A stretch of DNA of 44,862 nt from the IMG/VR virus record IMGVR_UViG_2547132370_000003, positions 1 to 44,862 of that record; one strand, 5' to 3'. The DNA comes from a virus. The position numbers and the translations under genes were made by a program. Below, piece by piece: positions 6,934 to 14,098 of the stretch (position 1 is its first letter; each line of letters starts with the position of its first letter). The notes under the pieces are model-generated. The model ran no database searches. It had not been told where the DNA came from and saw only the letters and a program-made list of their open reading frames with translations.

Positions 6934-7943
6934 AAATCGACATGCTCGGTTTCCGGGTCGATGAATGGGAAATTTCCAACGCCGACCCGGATCAGACCTG
7001 TGCCATCAGCCCCCGGCAACTGGTTGCCCTGCTGAAGGCGCTGGAAAATGCGTGTGAAGATAGGAACAGGCCGACGCAATCCAGTCCTCTGTCGTCGTGG
7101 CTGGAAGGGTTTGAAGCCGGATGCGAATTGTCACGGAACCGTCAGGGAGTATCGCTTTCCTCTCTCCCGCCCCTCCTGCAAGCGGCGGCAGCGTTTTCGC
7201 CTGCATGGGGCTTAACTCCATCTCAACCTGAAATGCCTGTTTCGTCTCCTTCAGGTCGTGGAGAATCGACAGCTTCACAAGCCTTATCTGATTCGGATCA
7301 AGGTTCATCGGATTCCTCTCCATCGTTGTGTGTGGTAGCCGACAAGGTAGAGGATACGGGGGATGACGTCATGTCATCCCCCGGCACGACAGCCATTCCT
7401 GACGGGATCACCGCCGCCCGGTCGCAGCACGCCGGTACGAAAAAAAGCCAGGTGTCTCACCTTGTGGACTTTCTCGTTTTCCATGGGATGGCGACCGATG
7501 CCGAGGATGCACGCTGCCTCATCCGAAAGGGTTCGGTCAGTATCAACGGTGTTGCTGTCAGCAGTGAGCATTGCCGCCTGTTTCCGGGTGACGTGATTAC
7601 GCGGGATTTCGCGTGGCATCCGCCTTTCTGTGCCCCCCTTGTCGATGGAATCCCGGTCAAGCCGCGTGATCCCATCACGGTTACGGTCGATGCCGATTTC
7701 GACGCGGTGCTGGCCCAGCGCCACGGTGAAAGGCTGGAAATCGTGACCGGGCAGAGTGGCGTGTCCGGTTTCATGAACGGCATTCGTCCCCCCACTTTGG
7801 CAGATGCCCAGAACACGCACGCGATGGTCATGCGTCTTTTTGCCAATGCGCGGCGGCTCAACGCGAAAATCAAGGCATTGCGGGGGGCGACCACCGGCGC
7901 TGCAGGTAGCAAGGCAAGGCAGAAGGGGCAGCCCCGTGGCTAA
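6930..7943 (+). CDS. Hypothetical early protein with an S4-like RNA-binding motif in the C-terminal half
   Basis: SHLVDFLVFHGMATDAEDARCLIRKGSVSINGVAVSSEHCRLFPGDVI resembles the S4 fold consensus. The middle third (about 7100-7330) is low-complexity with poor third-position GC. An alternative start at ATG 7371 has a GGGGGA SD. Confidence 0.5.
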   Translation: MKIDMLGFRVDEWEISNADPDQTCAISPRQLVALLKALENACEDRNRPTQSSPLSSWLEGFEAGCELSRNRQGVSLSSLPPLLQAAAAFSPAWGLTPSQPEMPVSSPSGRGESTASQALSDSDQGSSDSSPSLCVVADKVEDTGDDVMSSPGTTAIPDGITAARSQHAGTKKSQVSHLVDFLVFHGMATDAEDARCLIRKGSVSINGVAVSSEHCRLFPGDVITRDFAWHPPFCAPLVDGIPVKPRDPITVTVDADFDAVLAQRHGERLEIVTGQSGVSGFMNGIRPPTLADAQNTHAMVMRLFANARRLNAKIKALRGATTGAAGSKARQKGQPRG

Positions 7944-7950
7944 AGCGCCA

Positions 7951-8223
7951 ATGCCGCCACGCCCCCGCCATCGCGACACGGAGCCAGTCGTTCCGATGGT
8001 CCCCGGATTCTGGTGCGCATTGCTCATGCCGTGGAAGTGGCCCGCGCGCAGGCGCGGCCTGCTGCGGCGCGAATGCATATCGCGCGCCCAGAATGTCGGG
8101 CTGCAGGACCCGCAAGAAATCGTCAAGGCAGCATGCATTTTCGAGCAGTACCTGTCCGGAATGCTGCCTTCCGAGGTGCGCGATGAAGACGCGGCACCAT
8201 CCCCGTTTCCTCCAACTGTCTGA
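7951..8223 (+). CDS. Possible small hypothetical protein
   Basis: Only the C-terminal part (GLQDPQEIVKAACIFEQYLSGMLPSEVRDEDAAPS) looks protein-like, and the start is uncertain. Confidence 0.3.
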   Translation: MPPRPRHRDTEPVVPMVPGFWCALLMPWKWPARRRGLLRRECISRAQNVGLQDPQEIVKAACIFEQYLSGMLPSEVRDEDAAPSPFPPTV

Positions 8224-8239
8224 ATAGGAAATTGCCCCT

Positions 8240-8860
8240 ATGGGTAAAAAAACTGACTACTGGACGCATCCCCAGAACAGGCGCGCGGCGTGCCTGGCCA
8301 TGGCCATCCGGCATGCCGATGCGGCCGACTACACTTATGAAGCCGAGGACGTAATCGAGCATGCGGCTATGTTCGGTGATTACATCATGACTGGAGAAGT
8401 GCCGTCGGTGGATGACGACACGGACATGGGCAATGGCGCATCTGAGCCGGTTGTCGGTCTCAATGCCGGTCTGGGCACGCTTGATAATGAACCGTTGCTG
8501 GACACGCCTGTGGGGAAGGCTGCTGACGAAGCTGATGCGAAGCCGACCGGGACTGCCCAGGACAAGGCAGCTTACGACATCGAGCGCGAAAAGCGGAATG
8601 TCGAAGTCGCGTTGGCTACGGCTGCCCGGTGTGGCCTGAACGTGAAGCGTATCGATGTGAAGAACGGTCGGCTGGTCGCTGACTGGAGCGTCCCCTTTCA
8701 GATCAGTCCGTTCCAGGCAATCGCCTGTGAAATTGCTTGTGATGCGATTACTCGCAGCCTGCAGGAAATTTACGGCCATGGGCAGATCTGCAGCATCCGT
8801 TATGACCGGAGTAGTTTTCCGTGCGTGTCGTGGTCGTCGGCAGTAGGCGCGGCGGCCTGA
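8240..8860 (+). CDS. Hypothetical early protein with an acidic central region
   Basis: A 206-aa ORF that fills the gap in the plus-strand operon. Confidence 0.55.
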   Translation: MGKKTDYWTHPQNRRAACLAMAIRHADAADYTYEAEDVIEHAAMFGDYIMTGEVPSVDDDTDMGNGASEPVVGLNAGLGTLDNEPLLDTPVGKAADEADAKPTGTAQDKAAYDIEREKRNVEVALATAARCGLNVKRIDVKNGRLVADWSVPFQISPFQAIACEIACDAITRSLQEIYGHGQICSIRYDRSSFPCVSWSSAVGAAA

Positions 8861-9069
8861 TGACCCGTCGTTCACCCACCGCCACGACCAGCGGCGCAAC
8901 CTGCCAGTGGATCGAGGGGACCGTGCGCCATGGCGTGCGGCCCGCGTTCTGCGGCAGGCCTGCGTGCGTGCGTCGTGTGTGGTGTGGTGAACATGCGGTG
9001 CGTGTGTTCGCGGCCCCTGCACGGGCTGCGGACCTGGGCAATCCTGAACAGAATGAGGTGTCAGCATGA
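8860..9069 (+). CDS. Small Cys-rich protein resembling the GcrA C-terminal motif
   Basis: Starts at MTRRSPTATTSGATCQWIEGTVRHGVRPAFCGRPACVRRVWCGEHAVRVF. It has a C-W-x-x-G...FCG...C-x-x-H pattern. A TGATG overlap links it to the upstream gene. Confidence 0.45.
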   Translation: MTRRSPTATTSGATCQWIEGTVRHGVRPAFCGRPACVRRVWCGEHAVRVFAAPARAADLGNPEQNEVSA

Positions 9070-9247
9070 TGGTGGCATCAGGTCTGACGCAGCACATGCC
9101 CCGTCCCTCACCCGCGATGGCTGGGACATGCGCTGCTTCATATAGACCCCTTTCCTACCCGGTCCTGATCTCACTTGTTGCTGAGAGAGATCATGGAGGA
9201 AACGGGTGGGAAAGAATTGGTCAAATTGCACTCAGAAGATTCATTTT

Positions 9248-9493
9248 ATGACGGCCGCTGTTTACCGCGACACGGTCCGGGGCGTGTTGACGCGCCAGTA
9301 CGGACGGATCCGGAACGGCGCCAAGCTTCTGGCCGGCCGGATCGATACCAGTCCGCGCACCGTGCGCAACTGGCTGGATGGTGTCTCCGCCCCGCGTGGC
9401 GAAGAACTGATGAAACTGATGATCGAGTGCGACGAGCTACGCGACGAAATTTTCCGTCTGGTGGATGAAGGTAGGCAATGCCCAAACGAATAA
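9248..9493 (+). CDS. Small HTH-like regulatory protein
   Basis: Starts at MTAAVYRDTVRGVLTRQYGRIRNGAKLLAGRIDTSPRTVRNWLDGVSAP. Confidence 0.55.
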   Translation: MTAAVYRDTVRGVLTRQYGRIRNGAKLLAGRIDTSPRTVRNWLDGVSAPRGEELMKLMIECDELRDEIFRLVDEGRQCPNE

Positions 9494-9750
9494 AACTGCC
9501 ACGGGGCATCTCTTTTGACTTCGGGCGCGGGTTTGGGCTGCGGCTGGACCGTGGAAGCTACTTTCCGTCCCTAAGCCTGTTCCTGACCCGAATCTATGCG
9601 CTGCCTGATGGCCTGACGGGCATCGTCACCCACCTGATCGCAAACCGACAGGCATTGCGGCTGGCGACGGACGAACTGGAGCGCCTGCGCGCCCGGTGCG
9701 CGGACTGTCCGCACCAATGTCCGCCCCAAGACGAGGAAGGCGACGCATGA
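9478..9750 (+). CDS. Hypothetical protein
   Basis: A 90-aa ORF whose end forms an ATGA overlap with the start of the replication-like gene. Confidence 0.5.
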   Translation: MPKRIKLPRGISFDFGRGFGLRLDRGSYFPSLSLFLTRIYALPDGLTGIVTHLIANRQALRLATDELERLRARCADCPHQCPPQDEEGDA

Positions 9751-10949
9751 CAACCCTGCCAACAGTTGCCGATTTCGACGCCGAGGCCGTGCCGCCGTGG
9801 TCCATGATCCGCACCATGCCGGCCGAGGCGCGTGGCGTGGCACATTCCCTGATCGATACCCTCAAGGCCAACCGGATGATCGTGCTGCGCAGCGGCACGC
9901 ACATGCTGACGGATGCCGAGGTTGCGACGTTCATAAGCGAAAGCCCGGATGTGCTGGCCCACACGCTGCCCATGATCGAGCAATGGGGCTTTGCCGCGCG
10001 GGATGATGATGGCGCGCTGTACAGCCCCCATCTGCTGCAGCGCGAGATCCGCCGGCAGGAGCGTGCGCGGCGGCGTGCCCAGCGGGACGAAAACCTTCGC
10101 CGCTTTGAAGCAGCACAGGCCGCTGGGGAAATCCCGGCCGGAGATACGCTCAAGGCACAACAGGCACGCAAAAACGGGATGCTTGGTGGCCGTCGCCGCA
10201 ATGGAGAAACGATAGAACAGGCCAAAGCCCGTCGTCTCCAGGCAGCCGAGGAAGCCGTACGCCAGCGGCATCTCGCGCTGATGGTCTCCGTTCCCTCCAC
10301 CCAATCGGCAGAAACCGAAAACCCAAACCAAAACCGAAATCGGTTTTCGGTTTCCGGTGGTTCGGTTTCCCCGGTCGGTTCTTCGGTTCCGTTAGGTATA
10401 GATATAGAATTAGATAATTATCCTATTTCTACACCTACACCTGACGAAACCGACCAAACCCAAAACCCGGCACCTGCTGCGAAAGCCCCTGTCCCCCAGG
10501 CCGTCCTGACCGACACGGTGGAAAGAGTGATGGAGATAGCGGATTTCACGGAAGGCAAGCGGCAGCAATACCCGGCAATCCGCAAATGGCTGTCCGAAGG
10601 CTGTCCGCCGCACATCCTGATCGAAGCCGTCAGGGCGCATAAGCAGGTTCTGACCGCCCGACCCAACCACATGGGCGCATTCCAGGGTCCGATCCGGGCT
10701 GCGTGGGAACAGTATCAGGTGCAAGCCCCTGATCCGATGCCAGAACCGGTCATGGAGGAATGGGAAAAGCAGGCCCGCGCGGATCTGGCCGAAGACCGGC
10801 GCAAATGGTCTGACCTGATGCAGCAACTGGGCGACTACGGCCGCGCCAAGCGGGAATGGGCACAGACTGCCGCCAGCCTTGGCAGACCAACGGAACTGAC
10901 CCTTGATGCCTATCTGGATGCCTACCGCCCGCAGGACGTGGCGGCATGA
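9747..10949 (+). CDS. Putative replication initiator/organiser (lambda O analogue)
   Basis: The start is MTTLPTVADF, at an ATGA overlap. The gene sits in the early-right operon. It contains an embedded iteron and AT-rich block in a low-complexity linker, as in lambda O. The function is inferred from this architecture only. Confidence 0.55.
   Translation: MTTLPTVADFDAEAVPPWSMIRTMPAEARGVAHSLIDTLKANRMIVLRSGTHMLTDAEVATFISESPDVLAHTLPMIEQWGFAARDDDGALYSPHLLQREIRRQERARRRAQRDENLRRFEAAQAAGEIPAGDTLKAQQARKNGMLGGRRRNGETIEQAKARRLQAAEEAVRQRHLALMVSVPSTQSAETENPNQNRNRFSVSGGSVSPVGSSVPLGIDIELDNYPISTPTPDETDQTQNPAPAAKAPVPQAVLTDTVERVMEIADFTEGKRQQYPAIRKWLSEGCPPHILIEAVRAHKQVLTARPNHMGAFQGPIRAAWEQYQVQAPDPMPEPVMEEWEKQARADLAEDRRKWSDLMQQLGDYGRAKREWAQTAASLGRPTELTLDAYLDAYRPQDVAA
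10311..10470. other. Putative phage origin of replication inside the replication gene
   Basis: GAAACCGAAAACCCAAACCAAAACCG (10311-10336) recurs as GAAACCGACCAAACCCAAAACCCG (10446-10469). A perfect inverted repeat AAAACCG-aaat-CGGTTTT lies at 10330-10347. About six CGGTT(T/C) units follow up to 10392. A block of about 40 bp of AT-rich sequence lies at 10393-10432. Confidence 0.5.
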
Positions 10950-11149
10950 ACATGCGGCGGCACAAGCATGTGCGCGAACTGATCGCGCGTGCTCGTGCCA
11001 AAGGCTGGCGCGGCAGCCTGACCAGCAAGGGGCATATCCGCCTGATGCATGATCGTGCGGCGCAGTTTGTCATCGCGCCTGGCACGCCATCGGACTACCG
11101 GTCATGGAAAAACACGCTGGCGCAGATGAACCGGCTGGTACCGGCCTGA
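10946..11149 (+). CDS. Small basic protein, possibly with a HicA/YcfA-like fold
   Basis: A 67-aa ORF with …AKGWRGSLTSKGHIRLMHDRAAQFVIAPGTPSDYRSWKN…. The resemblance is weak and by eye only. An ATGA overlap links it to the upstream gene. Confidence 0.35.
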   Translation: MNMRRHKHVRELIARARAKGWRGSLTSKGHIRLMHDRAAQFVIAPGTPSDYRSWKNTLAQMNRLVPA

Positions 11150-11208
11150 TCCCATGTGGATTATTTCGCGGTCTGTGGCGGTCCGCACCCATTAAAACTG
11201 GCGGAAAA

Positions 11209-11272
11209 CAGGAATTGGCGACTCGGCTACTGACCTGTGTACAAAAGGGGGATATATTGTGGCCAATTCCTG
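11209..11272. promoter_or_regulatory. 11-bp perfect inverted repeat with a 42-nt spacer, upstream of a putative regulator gene
   Basis: CAGGAATTGGC (11209-11219) pairs with GCCAATTCCTG (11262-11272). Confidence 0.4.
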
Positions 11273-11326
11273 GCCGCTGATCGATCCTGCCTGATGCCCA
11301 GATGCAGCAGGTTCCGCAAAGAGACG

Positions 11327-11908
11327 ATGACGCCGGGAGTCCTGCTTACTGAAAGGCTTCGCGTGTCAGTCGCCGCCCTTTCCCGTCGTCGGGCACAGTC
11401 GCCCGATCAGTCCGCCTACCGTCCCGACTTCCGTCCGTCGGAGACACGTATCGCCCACCATGACCTTGCGCTGGTGGATGTCGAGATCACCAGGAAATCC
11501 CGCCCTGTCGAGGTCTGGCGTCGGTGCGCCGGGCTGTATGGCCTGTTGCGTTCCAAGGCGATTACCGAAGGTCAGGTCCAGTCTGCCCAGTTCTGGGCAA
11601 CCGATTACGAAATCAGCGCCCTTGGTGGAACCGATCCGAAAATGGAACACGGTGCAAAACGCGGTGACATTCATGACGCCATGATCGGGCGTATGGGATC
11701 TGCCGCGCGCCGTGACTACATCCGCCAGCGCATCGGTGCGCGCGGCGAGCAGCTGCTGGTGCTGCTGATGATCGATGGGCTGTCCCTCAATGACATGGCG
11801 GCACGGCTGAAACAGGACAAACGCAACACGTCAGGTGCGCTGTGTTTTCTGCTGGAACAGCTTTCCGAACATTATGACGGGATGCCGGGACCTTTATGGA
11901 AAGGTTGA
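11327..11908 (+). CDS. Putative transcription regulator with a C-terminal sigma-region-4/LuxR-like HTH (late activator candidate)
   Basis: GEQLLVLLMIDGLSLNDMAARLKQDKRNTSGALCFLLEQL. The start is uncertain (ATG 11327, ATG 11294 or GTG 11237). Confidence 0.5.
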   Translation: MTPGVLLTERLRVSVAALSRRRAQSPDQSAYRPDFRPSETRIAHHDLALVDVEITRKSRPVEVWRRCAGLYGLLRSKAITEGQVQSAQFWATDYEISALGGTDPKMEHGAKRGDIHDAMIGRMGSAARRDYIRQRIGARGEQLLVLLMIDGLSLNDMAARLKQDKRNTSGALCFLLEQLSEHYDGMPGPLWKG

Positions 11909-11950
11909 CGTGCCACCGCTTTTAAGTCATTTGTGGCAAACTATCGTTAT

Positions 11951-11985
11951 GCGTGGGTCCAGAGAATGGACGCCACGCTTTTTTT
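11951..11985 (+). terminator. Rho-independent terminator
   Basis: The stem is GCGTGGGTCC, loop agagaat, GGAC(g)CCACGC. It is followed by T7 (11979-11985). Confidence 0.65.
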
Positions 11986-12021
11986 ATGCCCGCTCGGGCG
12001 TTCCCAACATAGAGCCATCAG

Positions 12022-12429
12022 ATGAAATCACAGCTGCCGACCCTGTCGCGCGGCGACATTGTCCTGCGCGGTAACCGGCACGGCATTGTCGTGACCCTGA
12101 CAAACCGGCGCATGTTGGTCGTGCCGCTGGAATGGAGACCGTTCCCCCGTCATCGGGCTGATGTCGGAATCGGGACACTGGCGTCGCAGGTCATGTTCCA
12201 TGATGCGGTTGCGCGGTGCGGAGATAGCCAGTGGGTAAGCCGGGAAGCCCAGCGTTTCGTTGGGCGCGTGTCCCCTGTTGTCGTGACGGCAGTTGTGAAC
12301 GCCATCCGCCGGGAAGAAATAGACCGTCAGAGTGAGCAGTTTCCCGCCGGCCTGGTCAAATCGACATTGGCCTTCGGTCCCATGATGGGCAGTCGCGGGC
12401 GGCGCGTTGGCGCGCCTTCGCTGGGATGA
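12022..12429 (+). CDS. Hypothetical protein with a possible PemK/MazF-like SH3 fold
   Basis: LSRGDIVLRGNRHGIVVTLTNRRMLVVPLEW…AVARCGDSQWVSREAQRFVGRVSPVVVTAVVNAI has the spacing of MazF/CcdB-type toxins. The fold call is by eye and has low certainty. Confidence 0.4.
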   Translation: MKSQLPTLSRGDIVLRGNRHGIVVTLTNRRMLVVPLEWRPFPRHRADVGIGTLASQVMFHDAVARCGDSQWVSREAQRFVGRVSPVVVTAVVNAIRREEIDRQSEQFPAGLVKSTLAFGPMMGSRGRRVGAPSLG

Positions 12430-12605
12430 GCGGGGGAAAGTTCACCGCCAAGGTTGCAGCGCGAATTAGTTTCGGTGGCATTATCGGCGGCCTGGCCATG
12501 AATGCTGCTCATGACATTGCGGGGCATAATGCTGGAACGGCGCTTAGCATCGCTTTAGCGATCAGCGCGGCAGCCGCTGTCCTGTCAGTGATCGGGGACA
12601 TGTAG
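12426..12605 (+). CDS. 59-aa Gly/Ala-rich hydrophobic peptide, below the ORF-track cut-off
   Basis: Hand translation gives MSGGKFTAKVAARISFGGIIGGLAMNAAHDIAGHNAGTALSIALAISAAAAVLSVIGDM. An ATGA overlap links it to the upstream gene. Confidence 0.45.
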   Translation: MSGGKFTAKVAARISFGGIIGGLAMNAAHDIAGHNAGTALSIALAISAAAAVLSVIGDM

Positions 12606-12609
12606 ATCG

Positions 12610-12912
12610 ATGAGCGATAGCATTGGCGGAAAACCGCCGGTCCCGAGGAAATATCTAGAAGCAGTGGCCAACCAGAAAGCCGGGATCATCAATGCCGGCC
12701 CTCTGCGCAGCTTCCGCTTTTTGGCACGTCGGCCGGATGGCATTGAGTTCATTTTCTGGGTGAAAGCACACGACAGCGCAGGCGCGGCGGATCTGGCTGC
12801 CGTTTATTGCATGCACCACGGCTATCACGATTGTGGCCGTGTAGTCGGCAACAGGAGCGCATTCGACCGCGCAGCAGCCGAAGCGACCCACCGGTTAGGG
12901 ACGAAACAATGA
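12610..12912 (+). CDS. Hypothetical protein
   Basis: A 100-aa ORF in the same operon. Confidence 0.5.
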   Translation: MSDSIGGKPPVPRKYLEAVANQKAGIINAGPLRSFRFLARRPDGIEFIFWVKAHDSAGAADLAAVYCMHHGYHDCGRVVGNRSAFDRAAAEATHRLGTKQ

Positions 12913-13031
12913 TCGATCTCATCCATGCACTGAGCGCAATGCCGATCGTCCGGTTCTTCGATCTGCTCATTCTCGCGGGCTGGATCGTGGCGCAGCCCAT
13001 GCTGTGCATCGCCATCTGGCGCGCCCCATAG
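12909..13031 (+). CDS. 40-aa hydrophobic peptide
   Basis: MIDLIHALSAMPIVRFFDLLILAGWIVAQPMLCIAIWRAP, with an ATGA overlap with the upstream gene. Confidence 0.4.
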   Translation: MIDLIHALSAMPIVRFFDLLILAGWIVAQPMLCIAIWRAP

Positions 13032-13131
13032 CCGCAAGGATAACTCAAAGTTATCTGGCAGCGCCGGATCGGGCATCCGCAAGATAACCCCATGCAGGGG
13101 CCTGATAGCCGCAAGATAACACCAGTTATCT
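13028..13131. repeat. Three direct copies of (A/C)(T)(A/C)(G/C)CCGCAAG(G)ATAAC, two of them extended into GATAAC-N4-5-GTTATC palindromes
   Basis: Copy A is at 13028-13044, with the inverted repeat 13039-13044/13050-13055. Copy B is at 13074-13088 and is followed by CCCCATGCAGGGG. Copy C is at 13105-13120, with the inverted repeat 13114-13120/13125-13131. Copies A and C lie 77 bp apart. Confidence 0.8.
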
Positions 13132-13178
13132 GGCGGATTTCAGGGGGGCTTAACCACCCCGTTTTATAATGAAATCAT

Positions 13179-14054
13179 ATGGTTAGCGGAGACCGCGCCA
13201 TGCCGTCCACTGATGAGGCCCCAAAAGCCCCTCAGAACTCGGCCGACAATCTGCTGATCAAGACATGGCTTCACAACCGTGGTGCGAACACGCGCCGCGC
13301 GTATGAAAGCGATGTCCGCGCCTTCCTTGCGCATGTGGGCAAACCGCTGGCGCAGGTGACGGCGGCCGACCTGCAAAGCTGGTACGACAGCCTGACGGGA
13401 GCGGACGCCACGCGACGGCGGAAGCTGATGGCCGTCAAGTCGCTGCTGTCCTATGGCGCTGCCATGGAAATGCTGCCCCGCGATGTGGGGCCTGCCGTCC
13501 GTGTGCCGAAGATGCGCGACAGCCTTCATGAGCGGATCCTTACGCAGGAACAGGTGCGCGACCTCATTGATGGGGAAACGGACCCGCGCAGGCGGACAAT
13601 GCTGCGCGTCCTGTATGCCACCGGCCTGCGTATCTCCGAGCTTTGCGCCATCCGGTGGAAAGACCTCAAGCGCCGCCAGCAGGGCGGCGTCGCCCATGTG
13701 TTCGGCAAGGGCGGCAAGAACAGAACCGTCGAGATCCCCGCCAAGGTGTGGAAGGAGATCGTGGCGCTGCGTGTTGATAGTCGGCCAGAAGCGCCGATGG
13801 TCCCCGGCCACGATGGCGGTCCGCTTAGCGTCGATGCGGTCCACCGCTCCGTTAAGCGGGCCGCGAAGCGCGCAGGCCTGCCATCGCAGGTTTCCGCGCA
13901 CTGGCTGCGCCACGCGTACGCCAGCCACATGCAGGACAACGGCGCGCCGGCGCATGTGGTGCAGCAGCAGCTGGGCCACACATCGCTGGCGACCACGACA
14001 CGATACAGCCACGCACGCGAAGGCGCGGGCGCTGGGAAATTTCTGGACCTGTAG
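13179..14054 (+). CDS. Second tyrosine recombinase, XerC/XerD-like
   Basis: ATGLRISELCAIRWKDL, HWLRHAYASHM and LGHTSLATTTRYSH give the R, H-x-x-R and H..Y catalytic pattern. A perfect TATAAT lies at 13165-13170, 8 nt before ATG 13179. An alternative start at ATG 13200 has a GGAG SD. Confidence 0.85.
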   Translation: MVSGDRAMPSTDEAPKAPQNSADNLLIKTWLHNRGANTRRAYESDVRAFLAHVGKPLAQVTAADLQSWYDSLTGADATRRRKLMAVKSLLSYGAAMEMLPRDVGPAVRVPKMRDSLHERILTQEQVRDLIDGETDPRRRTMLRVLYATGLRISELCAIRWKDLKRRQQGGVAHVFGKGGKNRTVEIPAKVWKEIVALRVDSRPEAPMVPGHDGGPLSVDAVHRSVKRAAKRAGLPSQVSAHWLRHAYASHMQDNGAPAHVVQQQLGHTSLATTTRYSHAREGAGAGKFLDL

Positions 14055-14098
14055 CGTCACGCACGCCGGTCCCCTCACCCGTGAAGCAAGGAAGCCTC

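Noticed and set aside
7374-9097. Long minus-strand ORFs 7374..8138 (254 aa) and 8123..9097 (324 aa)
   Set aside because: They have Arg/Pro/Gly/His-rich composition with no motifs. They lie antisense to plausible plus-strand operon genes. They look like GC-rich shadow ORFs.
9066-9251. 61-aa plus-strand ORF overlapping the GcrA-like gene stop by ATGA
   Set aside because: The translation (MMVASGLTQHMPRPSPAMAGTCAASYRPLSYPVLISLVAERDH…) is unconvincing, and the region drops in GC like an intergenic or promoter segment. It was left unannotated.
9594-10331. Minus-strand ORFs 9594..10331 and 9626..10300
   Set aside because: They lie antisense to the replication-like gene. Their composition (Arg/Ala/Gly/Cys) is typical of non-coding frames.
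13164-14078. 304-aa minus-strand ORF antisense to the Xer-like recombinase
   Set aside because: The plus frame carries all the tyrosine-recombinase motifs. The antisense frame has none.
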